DNA from: Candidatus Marinacidobacterales bacterium
Lineage (GTDB): Bacteria > Acidobacteriota > Vicinamibacteria > Marinacidobacterales > SMYC01
Assembly (NCBI GenBank): GCA_965237955.1
Contig: OZ250169.1
Coordinates: forward strand, 1,920,001-1,984,000
Direction: 5' to 3'
Length of the DNA: 64,000 nt
Positions 30,075 to 40,278 of this stretch are shown in pieces. The translations under genes and the position numbers were made by a program. Every line of letters begins with the position of its first letter. Within the stretch, counting starts at the first letter, position 1. Under the pieces are notes generated by a model. The model did no database searches, had not been told where the DNA came from, and saw only the letters and a list, made by a program, of their open reading frames with translations.

Positions 30075-32060
30075 ATGCTTCTCGCGGTGGCCACCGTGGC
30101 GCTTCTCGTGGCGCTTCTCTCCGGAGTGGGAGGCGCTGTCGGGTCGATCGGAGCCACGGCGCTGTGGATGCTCGCCCTATTCAAGTTGTCCGGAAAGAGC
30201 CCGCCGACGTTCACGGCGTCCGAGACCGGGGGCGAGGCCGGGAACCGTAGCCGCGCCGCCCGATGGTTCGCTTCGGCCGTGGTCGTTTTCGCGTTCGCGC
30301 TCCGCTGGCCGATCGCTTCGCACGACGTCGAGCACTACGCCGGTCCAGATGAAGGTGAAGTCGTCGAGAACGTGCTCGAGATGCTGCGGATGGGTGACTT
30401 CGACCATCGCCATCCAGGCTATCCGGGGCTCCACTTCTACTTGCAAATGCTTCCGGCGCAAGCGCACTTGGCCGCGGCTTCTAAGACGATCCCCGAGCTT
30501 CCACGATCGGGCTTTTACCTCGGGGCGCGTCGGCTCACTCTGATGGCAGGAGTCCTTGCCGCCGGGGTTGTGTTTTGGATTGGGTGCCAGTGGCTTTCGT
30601 CTTTCAGTGCGGCCTTGGCCACGAGTTTGGTGGCGTTGTCGCCGCTCGCTTTTCGCGAATCCGGGGTGGTCAACCCGGACCTCATGCTCATGTTGTTCGT
30701 GGTCGTGTCCTTGGGTTTGTCGTTGCGCCTTTTGGAGTCCAGGTCGTGGCTTTCGTATGGGCTCGCGGGTGTGTCGGTTGGGCTCGCGAGTGCTGTCAAG
30801 TACACCGGAGTCTTCGCGCTCGTGCCGTTCTTGTTGGCTTGGCTTTTCGGGTCGAGCCCGCGACGGGACACCAGCAAGTGGATATTGGGCCTTGTGCTCT
30901 CGGGGATTGCGTTCGTGGTGACGAGCCCGTACACCCTGTTGAACGTATCTGCGTTCGTGCGTGGAGTTTCGATGCACATGGGCTATTACCAAGCGGCTCA
31001 GTTGAACGCGCCTTTCGAGCTGACGCGTCAGCTCGCGACGAGAGGCGTCGGCGTCGTCGCCGCGATCGCAGCGGTTCTCGCGGCGGCGCGAGCTCTGAGC
31101 GCTGTCGACAAAAGACTGTTGGTGCTGATGGGGTATCCACTGACCTACTGGTTCGTGTTCTCGTTCTTCGACCGCGCCTTTCCGAGACACGCACTCGTGC
31201 TGCTACCTGTCGTCGCGCTCCTCGCTGCGGATACGTTCGAGCGCGTCGCGCGTCGCGCGCCGCAAACATCGCGACTTGGGGCGCGAGTCGCGTTGGGTCT
31301 GGTTTTCGTCGCGGGTCCTCTTCTCGGCTCGATCGACCTTTGGCGCCGTGCGCACCGTGAGACTCCTGCCGAAGCCGCCCGGTCGTGGGCGACGTCCAAT
31401 TTTCCACCAGGAAGCCGCGTGCTTCAGGACGAGCACACGCCGCGCCTCGACCCCGAGAACTACCACGTGCACCGGATCCGGGTCGAGGAGAAGCAGTTCG
31501 TCGGAAATTACGATTGGGTTCTGTACTCGGGGTATCCGCCCGGGTTGAGGACGGGAGGCCTACGTGAGGTGGCTCGATTCGAGAACGAAAATGCTCTCGG
31601 GGATCTCATCATCGCGTACCAAGTCCCTGGCCGGGAAAGCCTCATGCCGAGAACTTTCCGCCGAAACCGCCGAGCCGCAGTCATCGGTGCGGGAGAGCTC
31701 CCGTTTTTCGGCAGTGGCTGGTACCCGCCGACCTCCGGCGCCTTCGAAACCTCGCGCCTATCCCAGGGCGATACCTCGGAGATCTTCTTCGTCCTAGACG
31801 AGCCCACCGACCTCGATGCGGAGCTCATGCTCGGCGCCGCCGCAACCGAAGGCGTGGTAACACTGACGCTCAACGAGCAAGAACTAGGCGAACTCGCTTA
31901 CGAAGGAGAACGCGAAACCCACAGCGTGACGATGGCGGCTGAGAGTCTGAAGGCGGGACTAAACCGTCTTGTCCTGAGCTACGACGCGACTCAAAGGCTC
32001 AGCCGCCGCCACCAAGACACCGCGATCCGTCTCTACCGACTCGAGCTTTCAAGGGAGTGA
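30075..32060 (+). CDS. GT-C (family 39/PMT-like) membrane glycosyltransferase
   Basis: PDE motif after the first TMs, YPG, AR.L, KYTG, SPY; many TM helices; soluble C-terminal beta domain. Confidence 0.82.
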   Translation: MLLAVATVALLVALLSGVGGAVGSIGATALWMLALFKLSGKSPPTFTASETGGEAGNRSRAARWFASAVVVFAFALRWPIASHDVEHYAGPDEGEVVENVLEMLRMGDFDHRHPGYPGLHFYLQMLPAQAHLAAASKTIPELPRSGFYLGARRLTLMAGVLAAGVVFWIGCQWLSSFSAALATSLVALSPLAFRESGVVNPDLMLMLFVVVSLGLSLRLLESRSWLSYGLAGVSVGLASAVKYTGVFALVPFLLAWLFGSSPRRDTSKWILGLVLSGIAFVVTSPYTLLNVSAFVRGVSMHMGYYQAAQLNAPFELTRQLATRGVGVVAAIAAVLAAARALSAVDKRLLVLMGYPLTYWFVFSFFDRAFPRHALVLLPVVALLAADTFERVARRAPQTSRLGARVALGLVFVAGPLLGSIDLWRRAHRETPAEAARSWATSNFPPGSRVLQDEHTPRLDPENYHVHRIRVEEKQFVGNYDWVLYSGYPPGLRTGGLREVARFENENALGDLIIAYQVPGRESLMPRTFRRNRRAAVIGAGELPFFGSGWYPPTSGAFETSRLSQGDTSEIFFVLDEPTDLDAELMLGAAATEGVVTLTLNEQELGELAYEGERETHSVTMAAESLKAGLNRLVLSYDATQRLSRRHQDTAIRLYRLELSRE

Positions 32061-32876
32061 GTGCAACGCGAACCTGCTGGTGGCTGATGGCTGATGGCCG
32101 ACGGCGCCGCCTATTTCATTATTGAAATCCAACCCATCTTCACCGAACTCCAGCTCCCGACTGGCTTCATCCGTCTCCCAATTGTCTTGGCTTGGAGTTT
32201 TCGCGGCATTGTCCGCAGGCGGCGCGACGGCCGGTACCTCGGGCTCGGTGGTAGGTGCCCCTGCCGCATCGACCTCGAAACGCCCGACGACGACCCGAGA
32301 TGGGCGCAGGAGAGAGCCTTTCAACATGTAGCCTGGTTGGAGCTCTTTGATGACGACGCCATCCTGAGTCTCATCAGAAACGTCTTCCAACTCGGCGGCT
32401 TCGCTGTGCATTGGATCGAACGGCTGACCGCGGACGAAGATTTTCTCGAGTCCTTCGGTCTTGAGAAGTTGTACGAGTCGCGAACGGACGAGCATGATGC
32501 CCTGGAGGACGGAATCGGCGTCGAAGCTTTCCTCGATCGAGTCGATGGCACGGTCGAGGTTGTCGAGGACTTCGACGAAGCGCGCGATGAAATCGCCCTT
32601 GGACTGTTCGAAGCGCCGACGCTCGGTTTTCTCGATGCGCTCGCGAAGCTTTTCCGTCTCGGCCTTCTTCGAGCGGTACGCCTCCATGACTTGCTCGATC
32701 TGGCTGTCCTTGCGCTCGAGCTGACCTTTGAGCGCCCGGATTCGCTCGAGCGCCTCTTTCGGGAAATCGGGTTCGGTGCGGGGCGGGGCGGGCTTTTGGG
32801 CCTCGACAGCAGGAGCGGTCGCATCGTCGTCGTCGACGATCTCGATAATCTCTGCTTCCTCCGGGATCGCATCCAA
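32049..32876 (-). CDS. grpE: nucleotide exchange factor GrpE (probable true start TTG32948, separated by an in-frame TAG)
   Basis: EVLDNLDRA, G.PFDP.H.EA, ELQPGY......LRP.RVVV. Confidence 0.85.
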   Translation of the reverse strand: MDAIPEEAEIIEIVDDDDATAPAVEAQKPAPPRTEPDFPKEALERIRALKGQLERKDSQIEQVMEAYRSKKAETEKLRERIEKTERRRFEQSKGDFIARFVEVLDNLDRAIDSIEESFDADSVLQGIMLVRSRLVQLLKTEGLEKIFVRGQPFDPMHSEAAELEDVSDETQDGVVIKELQPGYMLKGSLLRPSRVVVGRFEVDAAGAPTTEPEVPAVAPPADNAAKTPSQDNWETDEASRELEFGEDGLDFNNEIGGAVGHQPSATSRFALHSLP

Positions 32877-33081
32877 TGCGGGTTGCGTCTCCGCCGGCTC
32901 CGCTTTCTAGGAGTTGTCCGCTTGGACCTTGTCCTTCTGATCTTCCAAGCTCAGTTGCCCCCAGGGTTTCCGGGTGCGGATAGAATTTTTCCTTTGACTG
33001 AGAAAACCCCATTAGTTTACACGAATCCGCGCACATGCGGTAGTGGCACCCCAGAGAGCCTGCAGCTAAGATATAGCCGCG

Positions 33082-34371
33082 ATGACAGATGTCTCCGGGG
33101 GCTCACTCCGCGCCACCGACCCCGAAATTGGCGAAGCCGTCCACGCTGAATTGCGGCGCCAGGCCGATGGGCTCGAGCTCATCGCCTCAGAGAACTTTGC
33201 CAGTCGCGCCGTGCTCGAGGCGACGGGCTCCGTCTTCACGAACAAGTACGCCGAGGGCTACCCGGGCCGGCGGTATTACGGCGGATGCCGGGTGGTCGAC
33301 GTCGTCGAGCGACTCGCCATTGGGCGCGCCATCGAGCTTTTCGGCGCCGAGCACGCGAACGTCCAACCCCATAGCGGAACTCAGGCGAACATGGCCGTCT
33401 ACATGACGCTGCTCGAGCCCGGTGACACCTTCATGGGAATGGACTTGGCTCATGGCGGCCACTTGACTCACGGCCATCCCCTGAATTTCTCGGGCCGGTT
33501 CTACAAAGTCGTGCCTTACGGCGTTACCGAGGACACCGAGCAAATCGACTACGACCACGTGGCAGCGCTCGCGAAGGAGAACCGGCCGAAGATGATCATC
33601 GCGGGCGCGAGCGCCTATCCGCGATTCATCGACTTCGAGCGCATGCGCGAGATTGCTGATTCGGTGTCTGCCAAACTCGTGACCGACATGGCGCACATCG
33701 CCGGGCTCGTCGCGGGCGGGGCACATCCGTCTCCGGTCCCCCATTCCGACTTCGTGACGTCGACGACCCACAAGACGCTGAGGGGTCCGCGAGGTGGTCT
33801 CGTTCTCTGCCGGGAAGAGTACAAAAAGGACCTGAACCGCGTGACGTTTCCCGGCATTCAGGGCGGGCCTCTCGTGCACGTGATTGCCGCCAAAGCGGTC
33901 TGCTTCCGCGAAGCACTTCAGAGCTCCTTCAAAGACTACGCACAGAAGATCGTTGCCAACGCCAAAACCCTCGGTGAGGTTTTGCTCGAGGAAGGCTTCC
34001 GGCTCGTCTCGGGAGGTACCGACACCCACCTTCTTCTCGTGGATGTCGGTGCGAGTGACATTACCGGAAAAGCGGGCGAAGAGGCGCTCGAAAAGGCGGA
34101 GATCACCGTCAACAAGAATGTCATCCCCTTCGACACGAGACCTCCGCTCGTCGCGAGCGGTGTCCGCATCGGCACCGCGGCACTCACGAGCCGCGGGATG
34201 AAAGAGCCGGAGATGCAGCGTGTGGGCCGGCTGATTGCGCGCGCGCTCAGAGCTCGCGACAACGACGACGAGCTCCACCGAATAGGCGGCGACGTGCGCG
34301 AGCTGTCCTCGGCCTTTCCTCTGTATCCCGACCTGATAGAACGCTCCGGGGACACGCCCATTACTTCATGA
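33082..34371 (+). CDS. glyA: serine hydroxymethyltransferase
   Basis: [45 protein letters not shown]. Confidence 0.98.
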   Translation: MTDVSGGSLRATDPEIGEAVHAELRRQADGLELIASENFASRAVLEATGSVFTNKYAEGYPGRRYYGGCRVVDVVERLAIGRAIELFGAEHANVQPHSGTQANMAVYMTLLEPGDTFMGMDLAHGGHLTHGHPLNFSGRFYKVVPYGVTEDTEQIDYDHVAALAKENRPKMIIAGASAYPRFIDFERMREIADSVSAKLVTDMAHIAGLVAGGAHPSPVPHSDFVTSTTHKTLRGPRGGLVLCREEYKKDLNRVTFPGIQGGPLVHVIAAKAVCFREALQSSFKDYAQKIVANAKTLGEVLLEEGFRLVSGGTDTHLLLVDVGASDITGKAGEEALEKAEITVNKNVIPFDTRPPLVASGVRIGTAALTSRGMKEPEMQRVGRLIARALRARDNDDELHRIGGDVRELSSAFPLYPDLIERSGDTPITS

Positions 34372-34427
34372 GATCTCGCAGGGAGGATGCGGCCGACCGA
34401 TCTCGTCCCTAGATGTGTATGACGGGC

Positions 34428-36410
34428 ATGGCTGAGACCACCGGCGTTACCACGAAAGAGCGCGGTCTCGAAAAACTGGATCGGGACCACGTCCTCGAGC
34501 TCCTTGGCCGCGATGGCCCCCTGGCGGCGACCCTCCCTCGTTTCGAGTACCGTGCCTCGCAACAGGAGATGGCTGCTGTCGTCGCGGACGCTTTTCGCGA
34601 CGGTGGCGAGCTTCTCGTTGAGGCCGGCACCGGCACCGGCAAAACCCTTGCGTATCTGATTCCGGCGGTCCTTTCGGGTCAGCGCGTCGTGATCTCGACG
34701 GGAACGAAAAATCTTCAGGAGCAGCTTTTCTACAAGGACATCCCGCTCCTAAGGAAAGCGATGAAAGTTCCGTTCACGGCCTGTCTCATGAAGGGGAGGG
34801 CCAACTATCTGTGCCTGACACGGTTCGCACAGTTCGCGATGCAGCCGTCGTTCCGCCTTCTCGAGGAGGCGAGCCATTTCGACTCGGTAGAGCGATGGGC
34901 GGGGATGACGAAGACTGGCGACCGTGAGGAGATTCTCGGCGCTCCCGAGCGTCTCGACTTCTGGAAGGGTATTTCTGCGCGGAGCGAGAACTGCACCGGC
35001 AAAGAATGCCCGGAGTTCGAGCGTTGCTACGTCACCAAGCTCCGGCAGCGTGCCGCGGACAGCGATATCATCATCGTGAACCATCATCTCTTGTTCGCGG
35101 ATTTGATGGTCCGCGAAGGTTCCTACGGGGAAGTCATTCCCGACTACGACTACCTCGTGCTCGACGAAGCTCACCAGATCGAAAGTGTCGCCACCCAGTA
35201 TTTCGGCGTGTCGGTGAGCACGGCGCGCATCGAGGAGCTCGCGCGCGACACCGACGCCGCGTGGGAAAGCCACGCGACAGGCAAGCATCGTTCCCAAGCG
35301 CGCATCGAGATCCGCCGTCTGCGAAGCGTGGCCCAAGAGCTCTTCGAGACCTATCGAGCCGAAGAAGACCGCTACCGTATCCGGCCGCGCCAGACGACCG
35401 CACCTCAGGAGCGCTATCGCGCCGCCTTTCTGAAACAGCTCGCGAAAGTGCGCACCGGTTTGGGAGCTATCCCGAATCCGAACGAAGCCAGCGTCGCCCT
35501 TGCTCGTCGCGCGGGGGAAATCGAGCTCGACCTTCAGACGATCCTCGACGCCGCCGATCCGGAAGCGGTGTCGTGGTGCGAGAGCCGGGAGCGCTCGATA
35601 GCGCTTTGGTCGTCGCCGATCCACGTGGCGCCGCTCATTCAACAAACGCTGCTGGCTAAGAAGCGCACGGTCGTGATGACGTCCGCCACGTTGGCGGTGG
35701 AGGATTCGTTCGACTACATGAGTGAGCGTCTCGGGGTGAGCACCGAACGATGCCAGCGTCTGCCGTCTCCGTTCGACTATCGCGAACAAGCGATGCTCTA
35801 CGTGCCACGACATCTTCCCGCGCCGCGCGATGGCGCGTTCTTACCGAAGGCGGTGGCCGAGATCCGCGCGCTGTTGTCAGCGAGCCGGGGCCGCGCGTTC
35901 GTTTTGTTCACGAGCTTCGCGAACCTCCACGCGGTCCGGCGCGCGCTCCAAGGGGAGCTGCCTTACCCGTTGCTCGTCCAGGGAGAAGCGCCGCGCAGCG
36001 AGCTTCTGGAAACGTTCCGCGACACAACCGGCGCCGTGCTCCTCGGGACATCGAGCTTCTGGGAAGGTGTCGATGTCATCGGCGATCAACTCTCGTTGGT
36101 CATCGTCGACAAGCTTCCGTTCGCGGTGCCTGGGGATCCGCTGATTTCGGCACGCATCGATCTGGTCGCGAGCACGGGCGGCAATGCGTTTGCCGACTAT
36201 CAAGTGCCCATGGCGGTGCTGTCTTTGAAGCAGGGGCTCGGCCGGCTCATCAGGTCCCGAACCGATCGAGGGGTGGTGGCGGTTCTGGATAGCCGCATCG
36301 CTACGAGCGGCTACGGCGAGCGGTTCGTGTCGAGCTTGCCGCCGTACCGGCTCACGCATGATCGCCAGGACGTGGTGTGTTTTTTCGAGGCTTCGGATGA
36401 GCGGGGCTAG
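34428..36410 (+). CDS. DinG/YoaA-family ATP-dependent helicase with an Fe-S cluster
   Basis: EAGTGTGKT, KGRANYLC, C...C...C, DEAH, TSATL, SPFDY, FWEGVD, QGLGRLIR; start 34413-34428. Confidence 0.93.
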   Translation: MAETTGVTTKERGLEKLDRDHVLELLGRDGPLAATLPRFEYRASQQEMAAVVADAFRDGGELLVEAGTGTGKTLAYLIPAVLSGQRVVISTGTKNLQEQLFYKDIPLLRKAMKVPFTACLMKGRANYLCLTRFAQFAMQPSFRLLEEASHFDSVERWAGMTKTGDREEILGAPERLDFWKGISARSENCTGKECPEFERCYVTKLRQRAADSDIIIVNHHLLFADLMVREGSYGEVIPDYDYLVLDEAHQIESVATQYFGVSVSTARIEELARDTDAAWESHATGKHRSQARIEIRRLRSVAQELFETYRAEEDRYRIRPRQTTAPQERYRAAFLKQLAKVRTGLGAIPNPNEASVALARRAGEIELDLQTILDAADPEAVSWCESRERSIALWSSPIHVAPLIQQTLLAKKRTVVMTSATLAVEDSFDYMSERLGVSTERCQRLPSPFDYREQAMLYVPRHLPAPRDGAFLPKAVAEIRALLSASRGRAFVLFTSFANLHAVRRALQGELPYPLLVQGEAPRSELLETFRDTTGAVLLGTSSFWEGVDVIGDQLSLVIVDKLPFAVPGDPLISARIDLVASTGGNAFADYQVPMAVLSLKQGLGRLIRSRTDRGVVAVLDSRIATSGYGERFVSSLPPYRLTHDRQDVVCFFEASDERG

Positions 36411-36783
36411 CTACGAGATCTCGGTCGAGACGACCTTCGCCGCGTCGCACCAGCTGCGAGACTACAAAGCGCCGCTCGAGCCGCTCCACGGCCACAACTT
36501 TCGAGTGGAGGTCTTCGTTGCAAGCCAGTCTCTCCCGGACACGGGCTACATCGTCGATTTTCTCGAGCTCGAAGCGATGCTGAAGGAGGTCGTGGCGCCT
36601 TACGATCACCGCCACATGAACGATTTGCCGCCGTTCGACGAGCTCAACCCGACGACCGAGAACATGGCGCGCTTCTTCTTCGACGAGCTCGCCAAGAAAC
36701 TCCCCACGGGCGCGGGCGTGTCAGTGCGCCTGGTCCGGGTCTGGGAAGCCCCTACCTACAGCGCCAGCTACGGTGTAGAGTAA
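36397..36783 (+). CDS. queD: 6-carboxytetrahydropterin synthase
   Basis: FAASH.L...LHGHN, DH..MN, NPTTEN, VWE. Confidence 0.88.
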   Translation: MSGASYEISVETTFAASHQLRDYKAPLEPLHGHNFRVEVFVASQSLPDTGYIVDFLELEAMLKEVVAPYDHRHMNDLPPFDELNPTTENMARFFFDELAKKLPTGAGVSVRLVRVWEAPTYSASYGVE

Positions 36784-36846
36784 TTCCCACATGGCGCCGA
36801 AAAGGCGTTATAATAACGACTTCTGATTCTCTGAAACCCACAACCG

Positions 36847-37554
36847 ATGGATATTCCGACGCGTTTCGAGGAGATTCGTGACCGTATGGAACGAGCGATG
36901 GAGCTAGCCGGCCGGGAGCCTTCATCGGTGAAGCTCGTTGCGGTCACGAAGACACGCTCGCTAGAGGAGATGGCTACCGCGGTGGGGGCAGGCGTCACCG
37001 ACGTCGGTGAGAACAAGGTCCAGGAGGCCGAAGCTAAAAAGCCCGAGCTCCAAGCGTCCGCCCGCTGGCACCTCGTCGGTCACTTGCAAAAGAACAAGGC
37101 GAAAAAGGCGGTGGAGCTCTTCGACCTGATCCACACCGTCGATAGCGCGGCGATCGGCCAGCGCATCGACCGCCTCGCCGCGGAACGGGACAAAGTGCAG
37201 CCGGTACTGGTACAAGTCGATCTCGCTGGTGAGGAGACCAAAGACGGTCTCCCGGAGGAAGAGCTCCTCCCGACACTCGAGTGCCTGAGTGAGTGCTCGA
37301 ATCTTCGGGTCGACGGCTTGATGGTGCTCCCACCGTACTTCGACGACCCCGACGAAGTGCGTCCGTACTTTCAGCGCCTCCGCGAGCTTTCCGAGAACGG
37401 ACACGAGCGTGGGCTTGTCGGACGCGAACTCTCCATGGGGATGAGCCACGATTTCGAGGTCGCCATCGAACAGGGCGCTACCCTGGTTCGCGTGGGGACG
37501 GCAATCTTCGGCCCGCGACCCGCCAAGGTCACGGGCACTGAGCAGGTTGTTTGA
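36847..37554 (+). CDS. yggS: PLP homeostasis protein
   Basis: LVAVTKT, GENKVQE, WH.VGHLQ.NK, LSMGMSHDF, VRVGTAIFG. Confidence 0.95.
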   Translation: MDIPTRFEEIRDRMERAMELAGREPSSVKLVAVTKTRSLEEMATAVGAGVTDVGENKVQEAEAKKPELQASARWHLVGHLQKNKAKKAVELFDLIHTVDSAAIGQRIDRLAAERDKVQPVLVQVDLAGEETKDGLPEEELLPTLECLSECSNLRVDGLMVLPPYFDDPDEVRPYFQRLRELSENGHERGLVGRELSMGMSHDFEVAIEQGATLVRVGTAIFGPRPAKVTGTEQVV

Positions 37555-37627
37555 ATGAAGAACGAGCTGATGGCTGACGGCCGATGGCTGCAGCGAGCGA
37601 CGGGCCACCGTCGCGTCAGGAGTCCCG

Positions 37628-38128
37628 ATGAAGCTAACCCCGCTAGATATCCAACGCCATGAGTTCCAGCAGCGCTCCTTGCGCGGCCTGGATTCTGATG
37701 AGGTGAGGACGTTCCTCAACGACGTCGCGGAAGAGATGGAACAGCTCCGCGCCGAGAACGAAAAGCGCTCGGAAGAAGTGCGTCGTTTGAACGTGCATCT
37801 GTCCGAACACCGCCAGCGCGAAGAGATTCTGAAGAACACCCTCGTCGCCACCCAGCGCACTTCAGAAGAGACCAAAGAGAACGCGAAGAAGCAGTCTCAG
37901 ATGCTACTGAAAGAGGCCGAGCTCGCCGCGGACCGCCTCGTCGAAGCCGCACAGTCGCGCGCTCACGAGATCGAGAAGGACATCGTCGAGCTCAAGATGC
38001 AAAAGCGCCAGGTCTTGAACTCGATCCTCGCAGCGATCGCCAACTTGAGAAACTTGATCCAACTCATGAGCGAAAGCGAAGCTCAATCGGACAAACTGTC
38101 CTTCCTGAAGAGAAAAGCCGAACCGTAG
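37628..38128 (+). CDS. divIVA: DivIVA domain protein
   Basis: LTPLDI...F....RG.D..EV..FL..VA followed by a coiled coil. Confidence 0.9.
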   Translation: MKLTPLDIQRHEFQQRSLRGLDSDEVRTFLNDVAEEMEQLRAENEKRSEEVRRLNVHLSEHRQREEILKNTLVATQRTSEETKENAKKQSQMLLKEAELAADRLVEAAQSRAHEIEKDIVELKMQKRQVLNSILAAIANLRNLIQLMSESEAQSDKLSFLKRKAEP

Positions 38129-38262
38129 AACGATAACTGCCTAGAGGGGCCAGCCGCAATCGACATGGAGGATGCTCAACGAAGAGCATCGTATGCGAGC
38201 CCGCTACCAAGGAGCAAGCCTGGAAGCCCTGCGGACGGATAGCGGACAGCGGGCTGCGTGAT

Positions 38263-38628
38263 CTAGAACAAAATACTCTCTTCGTCCAGCGACACCGTCC
38301 ACTTGTAGGGCTTGCCCGGCAGCCATTCCGCTTCCTGGTTGTAGCGCACCTCGATGCGCGTATGCGTCGGCCTACGCGTGACTTTGATCATGTCACGGGT
38401 TACCGGGAGGTGGAGCTCCGTGGCCTTGGCGAGCACTTCCTGCTGTACGGAGACGGCTGTTTTCGCGCGTGAGAACTTCGCCGCTTCGACGACGGCGTCC
38501 TGAAACTGAAACTGTGCCACCACATGAGGCCCGAACTGTTTGGCCTCGTAAGCGACGAACAGGAAAACCACGAGCGCGATCAGCAACCCGCCGCCCGCGC
38601 CGCCTCGCTGATTTCTAAACCTTTTCAT
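38263..38628 (-). CDS. small membrane-anchored protein (DUF4845-like) with a prepilin-like QRG leader
   Basis: ATG38628 after GGAGAGG; MKRFRNQRG, hydrophobic helix; directly downstream of lepB. Confidence 0.7.
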   Translation of the reverse strand: MKRFRNQRGGAGGGLLIALVVFLFVAYEAKQFGPHVVAQFQFQDAVVEAAKFSRAKTAVSVQQEVLAKATELHLPVTRDMIKVTRRPTHTRIEVRYNQEAEWLPGKPYKWTVSLDEESILF

Positions 38629-38648
38629 CGCCGCCTCTCCTTTGCTTT

Positions 38649-39446
38649 TTACCGCACGAGGTCGAAGAAACGATCCCCCCGTGTGTTCGTGAGGATGCCC
38701 CACTCCCACTCTCCTTGTACACGACGCGGGTAGGGGAGCAACGAAAGCAATCCTCCCCAATACTCCAAACCCCGCTTCGTGTAGTCTTCCTTATCAGACT
38801 CATAAGACCAATAGATGATAAGAGCACGGCCTTTCAGCAGATCTCCGTCGAGAGTGCCCCAATACCGGCTGTCGTGGCTGTTGTCTCGGTTGTCCCCCAT
38901 CACGAAGTAGTGCCCTTCGGGCACGATGACCTCGGGCATGTTGTCGCGCATCGAATCCGAGCTGAAACCGAGAGGTGGTCCGCCGGTGTCATCCTGGAAG
39001 AACACATAGGGCTCTTCGAGGAGGACGTCGTCGATATACACCTGCTTGTCTTCGATACGCATGCGCTCTCCGGGGAGTCCGATGACGCGTTTGATGAAAT
39101 CCCGTTTCGGATCGTCGGGCCACTTGAACACGACAACGTCGCCCCGCCGAACGTTTCTCATCGGGGCGATGCTGCTCTCGAGCCCGCTCGGTGCGGGCGA
39201 ATAGAGCATCTTGTTGACGATCAGATGATCTCCGATGAGCAGATTATTCTCCATCGAGCCCGTGGGGATCTTGAACGCCTGCAAGACGAACGTACGGATG
39301 AACAGAGCCAGGATCACGGCGACGCAGATCGACTCGAAGTACTCGCGAAGTGTCGACTTCTCGAAACCTTCGTCGGTGTCTTTGTTGTCCCTTCCGGAGT
39401 CATGGTCCTTGGACTCCACGACCTTCGGTTTCGTCTTCCGGCTCAC
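38649..39446 (-). CDS. lepB: signal peptidase I
   Basis: IPTGSM, RGDVVVF, FIKRVIGLPG, MGDNRDNSHDSRYWG. Confidence 0.96.
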   Translation of the reverse strand: MSRKTKPKVVESKDHDSGRDNKDTDEGFEKSTLREYFESICVAVILALFIRTFVLQAFKIPTGSMENNLLIGDHLIVNKMLYSPAPSGLESSIAPMRNVRRGDVVVFKWPDDPKRDFIKRVIGLPGERMRIEDKQVYIDDVLLEEPYVFFQDDTGGPPLGFSSDSMRDNMPEVIVPEGHYFVMGDNRDNSHDSRYWGTLDGDLLKGRALIIYWSYESDKEDYTKRGLEYWGGLLSLLPYPRRVQGEWEWGILTNTRGDRFFDLVR

Positions 39447-39525
39447 CGGCGTATTGCCTCCCTCTAAAGGATTACCACTAGGGCATTTCCCATAGTTTGA
39501 AATTAGCAGAGAAGAGGTCGCGTCG

Positions 39526-40278
39526 TCAATTCCCGTCGCTTTCGGGGCGACGCAGCAACCCCATCCATTCGCCCACAGCGCGCTCGACGCCGACCATCAC
39601 CGCTTGCGCGACGAGGTCGTGGCCGACGTTCACCCGCGCGACGCCACCGATATCGAACAGGGCGGGTGTATTCCTGAGCGTAAGACCATGGCTCACGCTC
39701 ACGTGAAGTCCTAGCTTGGCGCCAAGGCGCGTACAATCGGACAGGCGTTGCAGCTCGCGACCGACGGCGTCTTTGTCCCGTGCCATCGCGATACCCTCGC
39801 TCGCGGCGACGTAAGCTTCGGTCGAAAGCTCGACACCGAGCGCGCCGACCTGATGGGCCGCTTTCACTTGATCGATCGAAGGGTCGAGGTAAATGGCTGG
39901 TAGGATGGAGCTTTCCCGCATCTCGCGAACCCGTTCTTTGAGCTGGGAGCTGTTCAGCATAACGTCGAGGCCCCCGCCACCGGCGGTCTCGAGCCGCTCG
40001 GGAATGAACGTCACCCGATCGGGCTTCGCCGTCAGCGCAAAGCGAGCCATCTCCTGGCGCGGGGTGACGACGAGGTTGAGCTCGACGGTCACCGTTTCAC
40101 GCAAGTGATTGACGTCGCGCTCTTGGATATGCGTCCGATCGCCTCGCAATTGCACGTTGATTGCGGATGCGCCTGCTTGCTCGGCTAAAAACGCAACAAA
40201 GATAGGGTCAGGGTTTTTGGCGTTGCGCGATTCGCGTAAGTTGGCGATCGCGTCTAGGGTGACACCAAGCTCAATCAT
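39526..40278 (-). CDS. pdxJ: PdxJ (pyridoxine 5'-phosphate synthase) homologue with altered active site
   Basis: LGV..D.IA.LR..R....PDP, LR.DR.HI..RD, GGLDV, HGL, N.GH framework present; several catalytic residues substituted. Confidence 0.75.
   Translation of the reverse strand: MIELGVTLDAIANLRESRNAKNPDPIFVAFLAEQAGASAINVQLRGDRTHIQERDVNHLRETVTVELNLVVTPRQEMARFALTAKPDRVTFIPERLETAGGGGLDVMLNSSQLKERVREMRESSILPAIYLDPSIDQVKAAHQVGALGVELSTEAYVAASEGIAMARDKDAVGRELQRLSDCTRLGAKLGLHVSVSHGLTLRNTPALFDIGGVARVNVGHDLVAQAVMVGVERAVGEWMGLLRRPESDGN

Noticed and set aside
32907-32909. Pyrrolysine or amber recoding in grpE
   Set aside because: Isolated case in a disordered region, TAG is used as a normal stop by many genes here, and no pyl genes are seen.
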